Notes under the pieces: model-generated
Database searches by the model: none
Told to the model about the DNA's origin: nothing
The model's input: the letters and a program-made list of their open reading frames with translations, nothing else
In this document: piece after piece, positions 1 through 9,436 of the stretch
How positions within the stretch are numbered: position 1 is the first letter of the stretch
How the letters are laid out: every line of letters starts with the position of its first letter
DNA from: Candidatus Eiseniibacteriota bacterium
GTDB taxonomy: Bacteria; Eisenbacteria; RBG-16-71-46
DNA: 22,359 nt
Assembly: GCA_031370785.1 (NCBI GenBank)
Contig: JANMQY010000052.1
Span: 1 to 22,359, forward strand
Reading direction: 5' to 3'
Program-made: the position numbers and the translations under genes

Positions 1-20
1 TGGAACCGCGCGCTCGCCGG

Positions 21-908
21 ATGGCGACTCGAGGACTCGTTGCGCTTTCGTCCACACTTCGGCTGGACCGGCGCCATCGAGTGGCGGGAGTGACCTCCTC
101 CTACTCGCTGGACGAGCACTACCATATCGAGCGCGAGCTCGCCGACCGGCTGCGCAACGCCTCGCGCGAGGAGCGCTCGACGCTCTATGCGGCGGTGTAC
201 GACGAGCTGTTTCGCCGGCTTCCCGCGCATCCCCAGCTCACCTCGAAGCAGGATTCGGCCGCGCGGGTCGCGGACGTTGCCTCGCAGATGGCGGCGTTGC
301 GGCGCTTCCTCACCCCGAGCACCACACTGCTCGAGATCGGCGCGGGTGACTGCGCGCTGTCACTCGCGGCGGCTCCGCATGTGCAGAGGGCGATCGCGCT
401 CGACGTTTCCGAGAAGATCACCCAGGGCGTGGCCGCTCCCGCGAATTTCTCGCTGCTGCTCTCCGATGGTCGTGGCATCCCGGTTCCCAAGGGAAGCATC
501 GATGTCGCCTACAGCAATCAGCTCATGGAGCATCTGCATCCGGACGACGCTCGCGAGCAGCTGCGCTCGATCGTCGATGCGCTCGCGCCCGGTGGAGTCT
601 ATCTATGCATCACGCCGAACCGGATCTCGGGGCCGCACGACGTTTCCCGGGGCTTCGACGATGAGGCAACCGGATTTCACCTGAAGGAGTACACCGCGGG
701 AGAGCTGGCACGCCTGTTCCGTGACGCCGGCTTCTCGCGGGTGTGGGCCATGATGGGCGCCAGGCGCCGGCTGGCTGCGATGCCGGTCGGGCCGCTCCGC
801 GCGCTGGAGAAAATGCTCGACGTCCTGCCCGCGGCACTGCGTCGCGCGGTCGCGAGGCGGTCGCCGTGCCGGCAACTGCTCGAGATCCGGCTGGTCGGCC
901 GCAAGTAG
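21..908 (+). CDS. Class I SAM-dependent methyltransferase (Methyltransf_11-like), probably polysaccharide-associated
   Basis: Motif I LLEIGAGDC, acidic ALDVS, DVAYSNQLMEHL, LAPGG..CITPN and HLKEYT. True start may be an in-frame GTG at 81 or 90. Confidence 0.88.
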   Translation: MATRGLVALSSTLRLDRRHRVAGVTSSYSLDEHYHIERELADRLRNASREERSTLYAAVYDELFRRLPAHPQLTSKQDSAARVADVASQMAALRRFLTPSTTLLEIGAGDCALSLAAAPHVQRAIALDVSEKITQGVAAPANFSLLLSDGRGIPVPKGSIDVAYSNQLMEHLHPDDAREQLRSIVDALAPGGVYLCITPNRISGPHDVSRGFDDEATGFHLKEYTAGELARLFRDAGFSRVWAMMGARRRLAAMPVGPLRALEKMLDVLPAALRRAVARRSPCRQLLEIRLVGRK

Positions 909-909
909 C

Positions 910-972
910 GCAGCGTCACGCTGCCTGACATCGGCCGCGCTCGGGCTCGCGGCCCCCCCACGGAGCGCGGTC
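910..972. terminator. Hairpins in the convergent gap, possible terminator or RNA-stabilising structure
   Basis: GCAGCG-tca-CGCTGC (910-924) and CCGCGCTC...GAGCGCGG (935-942/963-970) lie between convergent stops at 908 and 1025. No U-tract, so not a classical intrinsic terminator. Confidence 0.25.
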
Positions 973-1024
973 TAGCAGCATCAGGCCCTCAGGTTGGAGT
1001 GGCCGGTCGCCCAAAGCTCGAGCG

Positions 1025-2179
1025 TCAGGCTCCCTGGCCGCGCCGCCTGCGCACGCTCTCGACGACCGGGTCGAGGAGAGCGGCGAGTCGATCCAGAACC
1101 ACGTTCGGAGCGTGCTTGCCCATGGCGTAGGCGCGAGCCCGCGTGCCGGCCGCGGCTCGTCCTGCCGGGTCCGACATGCGGCGCCTGACCGCGGCCAGCA
1201 GTTCCGGGTACTCGTTGACCGCGTCCCCCAGGCATTCGCGCTTCACGATGTCGTCGGGGTCGACGCAGGAGATCGTCGGCAACCCGTACGACCAGGCTTC
1301 GAGCATGACGTTCGAGAAGCCTTCGACCGGCGAGGTGTGAACGAGCAACGAGGCGGTGCGAAACAGGCTCTCGAGCTGGGCGTGGTCCATGAAGCCGCGC
1401 ACTTCCAGATTGGGCAGATCTCGCGCGGCAGCCCGTGCGGATTCCCAGTGATGCTGGGTCAGGGGCGGGGGCGGAACGACGCCCACCATGACGAAGCGGT
1501 GTTCTGGAAGATCGCGTGCGAGGTCGGTAAACCACTCCGGACGCTTGATGCTCTTGTAGGTGCCGAGCCAGACGATAGGCCCATTCTGACCCGGGTCCAC
1601 CGCCCGCTCCGGGATCTCGACCAGGTTGGGCAGGACGTCGCTCTCGAGCCCGAATATGTTCGCGAAGGCCTGCTTCTGGAATTCGGTCTGGGCCAGCAGC
1701 GCATCGGCGCCGCGGATCGCGCGCCGGTACCACCATTGGTCTCGCGTACCGCTGCGACGGGGCACCGAACGCAGCAGGTCGTAGTCGCTTGCCGCGTGGT
1801 TGACGAATCCCGCCCGCCGGGACCGCGCCACTTCGAACGCGAGCCCGGCCGGCATGCCGGAGCCGCTCACGTAGTACACCTCGGCGTCCGCTGCCCGCAG
1901 GGCGGCGATCGCGCGGGTCAGGCGCGGGTGGAAGAAGCGAAGGATCGGAATGGGGCTGCGCAGCCGGAACGCGCGATAGATGTCGATGTCGTCGACCCGG
2001 ATGCGTGCCGGCTGTCCGAAGTCGCAGGTGACGACGCTCACGTCGAAATCGCGAGCGCGCATGCCGCGCGCCATCTTCGCGAGCTGCGTCTCTGCACCAC
2101 CCGCGAACGGTACGCCGGTCGGAACCAGCACCGGAAGCAGGTACTCGGAGTAGAAGCACAGCCGGCCGCGACGACTCAT
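1025..2179 (-). CDS. Glycosyltransferase family 4 (GT-B, retaining), 384 aa
   Basis: Start re-called at ATG 2179 (ATGA overlap with upstream stop; MSRRGRLCFYSEY). GGAETQ N-terminal loop, KSIKRPE, and EX7E motif EGFSNVMLEAW. Confidence 0.93.
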   Translation of the reverse strand: MSRRGRLCFYSEYLLPVLVPTGVPFAGGAETQLAKMARGMRARDFDVSVVTCDFGQPARIRVDDIDIYRAFRLRSPIPILRFFHPRLTRAIAALRAADAEVYYVSGSGMPAGLAFEVARSRRAGFVNHAASDYDLLRSVPRRSGTRDQWWYRRAIRGADALLAQTEFQKQAFANIFGLESDVLPNLVEIPERAVDPGQNGPIVWLGTYKSIKRPEWFTDLARDLPEHRFVMVGVVPPPPLTQHHWESARAAARDLPNLEVRGFMDHAQLESLFRTASLLVHTSPVEGFSNVMLEAWSYGLPTISCVDPDDIVKRECLGDAVNEYPELLAAVRRRMSDPAGRAAAGTRARAYAMGKHAPNVVLDRLAALLDPVVESVRRRRGQGA

Positions 2180-3285
2180 GCCGCCCACCTCTCGAGCGCG
2201 CCTTCGAGGCGTGGCCGAACGCGGTCCCACGCGAATGCTTCGGCGGTGAGGCGGGCCGCCGCCCCGAGTCGATCCGCCAGGTCCGGCTCTTGAGCGAGAC
2301 GATTCAGTGCGGCGCGCAGTGCCTCTGCATCGTCGACCGGGACCAGCAGCCCATTCTCGCCGTCGCGCACCAGCTCGCGCACGCCGGCGACCGGAGTCGC
2401 GACCACCGGTCGGCCCCAGGCCATCGCCTCGAGCAGCACGTTCGGCAGGCCTTCGCCGCGGCGCGCGGCGAGCACGACACAGCGCGCCTCGGCGTACAGC
2501 TTCGCAAGGCTTGCCCGATCCACGAATCCCGGGAATCGCACCTCGACGCCGCGGCGACGCGCAAGCGCTTCGAGGCGCTCGCGCTCGGGGCCGGTTCCCG
2601 CCACGATGAGCGCATCCTTCATCCCCGTCACCGCTTCGATCACGAGGTCCATCCCCTTGCCGGGGATGAGCCGTCCGACGCTGAGGATCACCTTCGCGGC
2701 GCTCGGCGCTGCGTTCCGATCGGCGGGCGGCAGATCCAGGCCGTTCGCCACCACCTCGAGCTTTGCCTCGACGTCCGCGCGCAAGCGCGAGCCGTGAGCC
2801 CCCAGCTCGCGGAGCAGCTCGCGCCGTCCCTCTTCGGTCTGCACCAGCACACCACGCGCCCCGCTCCACACTCTCGGGCTGATGAGGCGCGTGACCAGGG
2901 AATCCGAGAGCCGGTATTCCGCCTCTCCCCGGATCCAGACCACGGCCGGAATGCCGGTGCGACGCTGGATGCGAACGCCGGCGAAGCCGCTGACGAACGT
3001 CTGAAAGCACAGCAGCAGGTCGGGACGCGGCTGGATGGACCGCACCACGCGCTCGATCGAGCGCGCATCGTCGAGCGCCCGCCACACCGGCACGCGCGAG
3101 ACCGGCAGCCGCACCACCTCGAAGCCGTCGCGGCGCTCGCGCGCGACCGGGCCGTCGGTCTCGCGTCGCGTGATGACGGTCACCCGGTGTCGGTCCGCGA
3201 GCCGCGTGGCCCAGCACTCGGCCTGATGTTCGGCGCCACCGAGAGCTCCGGGAGGAAATCGTCCGATCAGGAGGCCCAGGTTCAT
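2176..3285 (-). CDS. Glycosyltransferase family 4, 369 aa
   Basis: Start re-called at ATG 3285 (ATGA overlap with asnB stop; MNLGLLIGRFPP; alternative ATG 3300). GGAEHQ, VGRLIPGKG, EGLPNVLLEAMAWGRPVVAT, DGENGLLV. Confidence 0.93.
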   Translation of the reverse strand: MNLGLLIGRFPPGALGGAEHQAECWATRLADRHRVTVITRRETDGPVARERRDGFEVVRLPVSRVPVWRALDDARSIERVVRSIQPRPDLLLCFQTFVSGFAGVRIQRRTGIPAVVWIRGEAEYRLSDSLVTRLISPRVWSGARGVLVQTEEGRRELLRELGAHGSRLRADVEAKLEVVANGLDLPPADRNAAPSAAKVILSVGRLIPGKGMDLVIEAVTGMKDALIVAGTGPERERLEALARRRGVEVRFPGFVDRASLAKLYAEARCVVLAARRGEGLPNVLLEAMAWGRPVVATPVAGVRELVRDGENGLLVPVDDAEALRAALNRLAQEPDLADRLGAAARLTAEAFAWDRVRPRLEGALERWAA

Positions 3286-5201
3286 GATTCGGCGGGCCAT
3301 CCTGGAACCGAGGTCAGCGGCCCGTCGAGCGCCTCGCGAGGCCGGTCGACATAGGTCTGGAACCACATCTCGAGGCACAGCAGCGCCCAAATCTGCTTGC
3401 TGCGGCGGTCGTCGCGCGTCCGGGTGTCGCCAACCATCCGCTCGACGCCCTTCGGATCGAACCAGCCTCGCCAGCGCGGACGCGAATCGAGCAGCACTTC
3501 GCGCGCGAGCCGGCCGAAGTCGGTCCCGAACCAGTGCTCGAGCGGGACCGCGAAGCCCTGCTTCGGCCGCTCGAGGATCTCGCGAGGCAGGAGATCCTTG
3601 ACGCTCTCGCGCAGGAGCCACTTGCCCACCTGCCCGCGCAGCTTGTACTGGAACGGGATGCGCGCCACGAACTCGAGCATGACATGGTCGAGCATCGGCT
3701 CGCGAACTTCGAGCGAGCTCATCATCGAAGTTCGGTCCACCTTTACCATCACGTCGTCCACCATGTACGTCTGGGCGTCGAGATGAAGCAGCGCCGGAAT
3801 GGCGCCGGCGCGCGACGCCGTCCAGTGAATCCCGCGAAGCGCGGCCAGCGGGTCGTAGTGGCGCAGGTTTTCGGAGGCCTCGGCGGTCAGCACGCCGGCC
3901 ATCTCGCGCGGGCGATAGAACGACTGCACCGCCAGGTGGCGATCCACCACGTGCATGGACATGCGCTGAACCTTGCGGCCGAGCGGATGGTCGGGATGGA
4001 GAAGGTGGGACGGCAGTGCGGCCAGCTGGCGCAATGGACGCGGAATTCCATCGAACGCGGCGTACTGCTTCGCCCATGCGTAGGTGGAGTATCCGGCGTG
4101 CGTCTCGTCACCGCCGTCGCCCGAAAGCGCGACCGTGACCTCGCGCCGCGCCATTTCGGAGACGTAGAAGCTCGGGATCATCGAAGCATCCGCCAGCGGC
4201 TCGTCCATCTGCCACACCAGGCGCGGCAGCAGCTCGAGTGCGCGCGGACGCACCACGACCTCGTGGTGGTCGGTGCCGAGGTGTCTGGCGACGCGCCTTG
4301 CGTGCTCGATCTCATTGAAATCGGCATGCTCGAAGCCGACCGTGAAGGTCTTGATCGGCTCGGGCACCGCGCGCGCCATCATCGCCACCACCACGCTCGA
4401 GTCCAGCCCACCGGACAGGAACGCTCCGAGCGGCACATCCGCGACGAGGCGCATCCGCACTGCCTCGGCAAGCATCGACAGCAACCGCTCGCGGTAGTAG
4501 TCCATCGAGTGCCCGGAATCGACATCGGTCGGAAGCGACCAGTAGCGTGCGGTGCGCACGCCGTTCTCGTCGGCGATCAGATAGTGCGCGGGCGGAAGCT
4601 TGCGAACGCGTTTCCAGATGGTGCGTGGGCCAGGGATGTACTGAAACGTGAGGTAGTCGGCGATGGACTCATCGTCCACCTCGCGCGGCACCGACGGATC
4701 GAGCATCAGGGCCTTGAGCTCCGAGGCGAATGCAATGCGCTTCCCGTCGTCGTGGTAGTAGAGCGGCTTGACCCCGAAGCGATCGCGACCGAGCACCAGC
4801 CGGCGTCGGGTTCGGTCGAACAGGCCGAACGCGAACATTCCGCGCAGATGGGTGAACATCCCGGTCCCGTGCTCTTCGTACAGGTGAAGCAGTGCCTCGG
4901 TGTCGCTGCTGCCGCGGAAGCGATGCCCGCGCGAGGCGAGATTGGTGCGCAGCTCAGGCCACCCATACAGCTCGCCGTTGTACGTCACCCACAGCGACTC
5001 GTCCTCGTTGGGCATGGGCTGGTGGCCGCCGGGCGAAAGATCGACGATCGACAGGCGCCGGTGGCCGAAGGCGACGTCGCCGTCGCTCCACAGGCCGCTG
5101 TCGTCCGGACCGCGATGGCGCATGCTCATCGCCTGTCGCTCGATCAGGACCCGATCGGCGACTCCGCCCCGGTAGTGAAACACGCCGTTAATGCCGCACA
5201 T
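3282..5201 (-). CDS. asnB: Asparagine synthase (glutamine-hydrolysing) family amidotransferase, probably polysaccharide-amidating, 639 aa
   Basis: MCGI N-terminus (Ntn Cys), HRGPD, GHRRLSIVD, YNGE, SDTE, RDRFGVKPLYY, SGGLDSS, SGDGGDE, KVDRTSM, RPKQGF. GGAGA RBS upstream of ATG 5201. Confidence 0.95.
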   Translation of the reverse strand: MCGINGVFHYRGGVADRVLIERQAMSMRHRGPDDSGLWSDGDVAFGHRRLSIVDLSPGGHQPMPNEDESLWVTYNGELYGWPELRTNLASRGHRFRGSSDTEALLHLYEEHGTGMFTHLRGMFAFGLFDRTRRRLVLGRDRFGVKPLYYHDDGKRIAFASELKALMLDPSVPREVDDESIADYLTFQYIPGPRTIWKRVRKLPPAHYLIADENGVRTARYWSLPTDVDSGHSMDYYRERLLSMLAEAVRMRLVADVPLGAFLSGGLDSSVVVAMMARAVPEPIKTFTVGFEHADFNEIEHARRVARHLGTDHHEVVVRPRALELLPRLVWQMDEPLADASMIPSFYVSEMARREVTVALSGDGGDETHAGYSTYAWAKQYAAFDGIPRPLRQLAALPSHLLHPDHPLGRKVQRMSMHVVDRHLAVQSFYRPREMAGVLTAEASENLRHYDPLAALRGIHWTASRAGAIPALLHLDAQTYMVDDVMVKVDRTSMMSSLEVREPMLDHVMLEFVARIPFQYKLRGQVGKWLLRESVKDLLPREILERPKQGFAVPLEHWFGTDFGRLAREVLLDSRPRWRGWFDPKGVERMVGDTRTRDDRRSKQIWALLCLEMWFQTYVDRPREALDGPLTSVPGWPAES

Positions 5202-7815
5202 TCCCGTTCTCCTGCGGTTGCGCCCCACGCTCCGGACGTCTCGCCCCGTCCCCCCTGCGCCGCACGACCAGTGAGCCGACGGGGAGGCCAGCATAGTAGT
5301 CGTTGTCGAAGAAGTAGTCGCTCAGCCGGTAGTTCGCATAGTGAGGCTGACGCAGCATGATCACACGAACCTGATAGATACCATCAGCGACGTCGCCGGG
5401 AATCTCGAGCGCGAACGAATCGCGCACGACCTGATCCGGCCGCCACTGGTCGACTCCGTAGTCGCCGCCGCCCGGCAGATGGTCGGAGCGGAAGCGGTAG
5501 CGTTCGTGGCGCAGCTTCTCGATCAGCTTGCGAACCGGCTTGCCGACGACCGCCGGAGGTGAGAACCCGCCCGGCAGCGGCCGGTCGAAGCGCACCGCGA
5601 CCTGGTACGAACCGGCCGGCAGGCGCTCGAGCGCGCGCCAGGCGATCACGCCGCGCAGCGTGTCGAGCGGCGCGGCCTCGCGCGGGGTCAGCCCCGCGCC
5701 CAGCAGCGCCGGGACGCCCGGAGCGAGCCGGCGCGCCACGCCCGACTTCCCGGGACGGTAGAGCTCGGTGAACGAACGAGGGGAAGCCGGCTCTCGCAGG
5801 GTGTCGAGCGCGGCCGCATTCACGCGGTACACGACGAAGTCGCCTGTGTCGTAGATCCGCTCGAACGCCTGAGGATGCCGGTCGAGACGCTCGCGCGACG
5901 CGCGGAACCACTCGGGCCGTGGCGTCCAGTAGTCGAGCACCGGCACCTCGGCGAATCGGTTGTTGAGCACGATCACGCCCACACCGTAGCGCGCGACCAC
6001 CTCGCGCGTGCGCGCCCACTCGGCGAAGGGGTCCAGCGCGTCGCGCGCATCAAGCAGGCGGGTGAGCGCGAGTGAATCGCTCGGTGAGCTGTGCTGGTCG
6101 ACCAGCGTGGCCACGTAGTGGCCGGTGAACATGGGCACGGAATAGCTGGTGATGGGATCGCTGAGCACGACCTCTCCGCGCGGGAGGTTCCGGTCCATCC
6201 AGCGCAGCGCGTCGCTCCACGGCAGCGGGCTGTGCGCGCGCTCCTCCGCCGCAAGCGCTCTCGCGTCGCGAGCCACGTGCAGCGCATCGGCGACCGCCGG
6301 CGCGAGCAGGACCAGCGTCACCGCGAGGAGTCCGGCCGCGCGAAGGCGCGCCGCGCCCCGGGCGTCGCGGACGGTGCGCCACAGGTGCGGGAGGGCCCAC
6401 CCCACCAGCCCGGCGAGCGGCGTGATCCAGATCACCCGCATCAGCAGGTAGCCGAGATGTGGCTCGAGCAGGGCGACCACCGGCGGCACGAACAGCGTGA
6501 CCGCGACCGCGATCGAGGTCGCGAGCAGCCAGAGCACGGCGGGGTTGCCGCGTCCCACGCGCCACAGCGGGAGCGCAAGCAGCGGGAACAGCAGCCAGGC
6601 CGGGCCCATCCAGCTCCACAGCACGCCCGGAGAAACCACGCGCACGTGATCCCACAGGATCAGGAGGCCCTGCGGCTCGGTGTGGATCAGGTTGTGCGAG
6701 TGCGGCGTGCGCAGCACCTGCCACAGCGCAAGTGGGAACGCGGCGAGCAACATCGCCAGCGCGGTCCCCGCCAGCCGTCTGGCCTCGGGGCCGAGCCTGC
6801 GGTCGCGCACGAGCAGGGCCACCCCAAGCGCAGTGAGCACCAGAGCGAACTGTGCGATCGCGAAGACGTGGGTCGCGACCGCCCCGAACGCCAGAGCGAC
6901 CGCGACCAGCCGTGCGCCACGCGAGGGACGGATCAGGTCGGCGAGCGCCGCGACCGAAGCGGCGAGCGCGAGCTGGTCGGCGAGCTTTGCGGCGAACACG
7001 GTCTCGCGCATCGGAGTCGCGGCCAGCGATCCGCCGTACGTGAACAGCGCGGCCCACGCGGCGGTCGCGGCCCCGGCGGAGCCGGCCAGCAGCATTCCGA
7101 GCGCGGCCACGTTCAGCACCAGCAGTGGCGAGAGCAGTGCGGGCAGGTCGCGCCACGCCTCGACCGGATCGACTCCGGCGAGCCGCGCGATCAGCGCCGC
7201 CTGGGCGTGCCACAGGAACTTGCGCGGGTCCACTCCGCTTAGCCCCGCGTTCCGGAAGAAGGCGTCGGTCGGGAACGCGTCGCCATGCTCGAGCATGCGG
7301 CGCAGCGTCCCGATATGGTCCGGCGAGTCGGAGATCGAGGTGAGCGGCGCGCCGAATCGCGCCGCGTATGCCGCCGCGGCCACGGCCGCCAGCAGAGTGA
7401 GCGCGAGCGGCACGCCCGCGAGCGCGGCCGGCTCCGCGCGGAGTCCCTCCCCGTTCGCCGGTGCATGCGCCACGGCGCCGCGCCGGGCGATGACTAGCGT
7501 CCACAGCAGAGCCGTGCTCGCAATGGTCGCGGAGGACAGCACGGTGAACGGAACGTGAGCGACGCGAGTGGCAATGACCAGCAGCGCATTCCACGCCACT
7601 CCTAGCCCCAGCGCCCAGCCCGACGCGAGCCACGCTCCGCCGGGCACGCGCGCGCTGAGGAGCGCGAGCCACGCCGCGCCCGGGGCGAGGACCAGCACCG
7701 CGCCGGCCAGTACGACCCGCAGTAATGTCGGACATGGCGCCAGCGCACCGCCCGCGAGCAACGCCTGAAGCACGAGCGCGAGCGCGGCCAGAACCAGCGC
7801 GGGGCGCCGGCTCAC
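5188..7815 (-). CDS. Large polytopic membrane protein, GT-C/STT3-like glycosyltransferase candidate with C-terminal extracytoplasmic domains, 875 aa
   Basis: Start re-called at GTG 7815 (GTGA overlap). More than 12 hydrophobic segments, acidic loop SDSPDH, then DALRWMDRNLPRGEVVLSDP...YGVGVIVL...FERIYDTGDFVVYRV (resembles the STT3/AglB soluble core) and an Ig-like tail WRPDQVVRDSFALEIPGDVADGIYQV. CDS is confident; function is inferred. Confidence 0.7.
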   Translation of the reverse strand: MSRRPALVLAALALVLQALLAGGALAPCPTLLRVVLAGAVLVLAPGAAWLALLSARVPGGAWLASGWALGLGVAWNALLVIATRVAHVPFTVLSSATIASTALLWTLVIARRGAVAHAPANGEGLRAEPAALAGVPLALTLLAAVAAAAYAARFGAPLTSISDSPDHIGTLRRMLEHGDAFPTDAFFRNAGLSGVDPRKFLWHAQAALIARLAGVDPVEAWRDLPALLSPLLVLNVAALGMLLAGSAGAATAAWAALFTYGGSLAATPMRETVFAAKLADQLALAASVAALADLIRPSRGARLVAVALAFGAVATHVFAIAQFALVLTALGVALLVRDRRLGPEARRLAGTALAMLLAAFPLALWQVLRTPHSHNLIHTEPQGLLILWDHVRVVSPGVLWSWMGPAWLLFPLLALPLWRVGRGNPAVLWLLATSIAVAVTLFVPPVVALLEPHLGYLLMRVIWITPLAGLVGWALPHLWRTVRDARGAARLRAAGLLAVTLVLLAPAVADALHVARDARALAAEERAHSPLPWSDALRWMDRNLPRGEVVLSDPITSYSVPMFTGHYVATLVDQHSSPSDSLALTRLLDARDALDPFAEWARTREVVARYGVGVIVLNNRFAEVPVLDYWTPRPEWFRASRERLDRHPQAFERIYDTGDFVVYRVNAAALDTLREPASPRSFTELYRPGKSGVARRLAPGVPALLGAGLTPREAAPLDTLRGVIAWRALERLPAGSYQVAVRFDRPLPGGFSPPAVVGKPVRKLIEKLRHERYRFRSDHLPGGGDYGVDQWRPDQVVRDSFALEIPGDVADGIYQVRVIMLRQPHYANYRLSDYFFDNDYYAGLPVGSLVVRRRGDGARRPERGAQPQENGNVRH

Positions 7816-9329
7816 GGCTCGGGCGGTCCCGTGCGCCGGCTCCACGCTGGAGCGAACTCGGCGATCATCTGACGCAGGCCGGTCCCGCGGCCGAGCGGAT
7901 ATCCGGCGAGCGTATAGAGCGGCAGGAACGTCGTCACCGCGAGCAGCATGTGGAGCAGGCGCTGCCCCCAGTTCGACGCGTCCGCGAACGGCAGAATCCG
8001 GTCGAGTCCCCACGCGATCGCGAAGCTGAGCGCGAGCGCGCCCAAGGCGCGCGCGACCATCGCCGGGCAGCGGCGCCAGGTTCCATGCAACGACATATAG
8101 GCCAGCCACAGCATGACCATGCCATTGATCACGTAGGCGAAGAGCGTCGCCCACGCCACCCCGGTGATGCCGGCACCGAGCCGGACCGCGACCAGGTCGA
8201 GCGCCGCTCCGAGCACCGCACCCAGAATCGAGGCCGGGACCAGGTATGCCTGCCGGCGGAGCGTCATGAGCACGATCGCCGACAGCCCGACGAAGGCGAG
8301 GCCGCCGACACCGAAGCATACGATGCGCACCGCGCTGAGCCCGGGCATGAATTTCGGAAGCACGCCGCCCATCAGGTCGCGGGCCAGCAGATAGGCGAGA
8401 CCGCACATTGCCGGCACGAGAACCGCGAGCGTCAGATAGGTGCGCTCCACCCGATCGCGGATGCCCTCGACCCGGTCTCCTGCCTCCCGGTAGCGCTTGA
8501 GCAGCTCGGGATAGAGTACGTAGCTCACCGACTCGGGAAGATAGAGCAGCAAGGTTACCGCGGTCACCGCGAGGCTGTAATAGCCGAGCTCGAGGGTGCC
8601 CAGATACTTGAAGATGATGACACGGTCCAGCGTGCGCGTGATGAATGTGGAGCCCGTGTAGAGATACATCGGGACCCCGACGCGCAGCAAGGTCAGGCAC
8701 TCGCTGGAATAGCGGGGCACGAACGGGCTGATCTGCCGCGCGTGCCATTGCGTGACGATCGAAGCCATCAGCGTCGCCACCAGCCAGCCGCCGAGCAGTG
8801 CCCACACCCCGAAGCGCGGGATGAATGCGAGCGCGAGGCCCGCACCGACCACGCCCTGAATCAGGTACCAGCCGCTGACCGCGGGAATGTTGTTGTGCGC
8901 CCGCAGGAGATTGAGGTGGTAGTAGCCGAGCGCGGTGAGCAGCACGCAGGCGAGCGCGACTACGACCCCGCGCATGCCCCAGAAGCTCACGATCTTCCCG
9001 TGCGAGGTCATGAAGTAGACGAGGGCGCCCAGCGCGTAGAGCGTGGAGAGCAGCAGCACGTTGAACAGTCCCGCGCGCTTGACGCGGTCGAGCGCCACCG
9101 GGTCACCGTCCACGATCCTGGGCGGAACGGTCTGGTCCAGCCCCTGGAACGTCCCGGCCTGTGCGAGCGTTCCGTAATCCATGACCAGCTGGATCGCGTT
9201 CCAGGCGCCGTAGGACGCCGGGCCGAGCAGACGGGCGGCAATGATCCCGCGCGCCATGAGCAGCACGCGGTACACGTACTGGCCAGCGGCGAACACCATC
9301 GAATCGCGGACGAACTTGCGTGGGTGCAT
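7812..9329 (-). CDS. wzx: Oligosaccharide flippase (Wzx/MOP superfamily), 505 aa
   Basis: Start re-called at ATG 9329 (MHPRKFVRDS). IAARLLGPASYG, DRVIIFKYLGTLELGYYSLA, VLYPEL, GITGVAWAT; about 12-14 hydrophobic helices. Confidence 0.88.
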   Translation of the reverse strand: MHPRKFVRDSMVFAAGQYVYRVLLMARGIIAARLLGPASYGAWNAIQLVMDYGTLAQAGTFQGLDQTVPPRIVDGDPVALDRVKRAGLFNVLLLSTLYALGALVYFMTSHGKIVSFWGMRGVVVALACVLLTALGYYHLNLLRAHNNIPAVSGWYLIQGVVGAGLALAFIPRFGVWALLGGWLVATLMASIVTQWHARQISPFVPRYSSECLTLLRVGVPMYLYTGSTFITRTLDRVIIFKYLGTLELGYYSLAVTAVTLLLYLPESVSYVLYPELLKRYREAGDRVEGIRDRVERTYLTLAVLVPAMCGLAYLLARDLMGGVLPKFMPGLSAVRIVCFGVGGLAFVGLSAIVLMTLRRQAYLVPASILGAVLGAALDLVAVRLGAGITGVAWATLFAYVINGMVMLWLAYMSLHGTWRRCPAMVARALGALALSFAIAWGLDRILPFADASNWGQRLLHMLLAVTTFLPLYTLAGYPLGRGTGLRQMIAEFAPAWSRRTGPPEP

Positions 9330-9400
9330 GAGAGGGGGGGAGCCTCGTCTCCTTTCAGTCGGTCTTAGGGTTGTCGGTGGCGATGCGCGCCGCGCTGTCC

Positions 9401-9406
9401 TAGAAT
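9401..9406 (+). promoter_or_regulatory. Candidate -10 element (TAGAAT) for the aminotransferase, in the divergent intergenic region
   Basis: TAGAAT in GC-rich context, 30 nt upstream of ATG 9437. No convincing -35 at 16-18 nt spacing. Confidence 0.4.
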
Positions 9407-9436
9407 CGTCGCCTCCATGCGACCCCAACCCGCGTC

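Noticed and set aside
5188..8805. ORF-track 1205-aa protein and similar apparent fusions (730 aa at 1025..3217, 766 aa at 12077..14377, 527 aa at 18936..20519)
   Set aside because: The N-terminal extensions are off-frame read-through of the upstream gene or leader. Real starts sit at the overlap or RBS positions, so these are not fusions.
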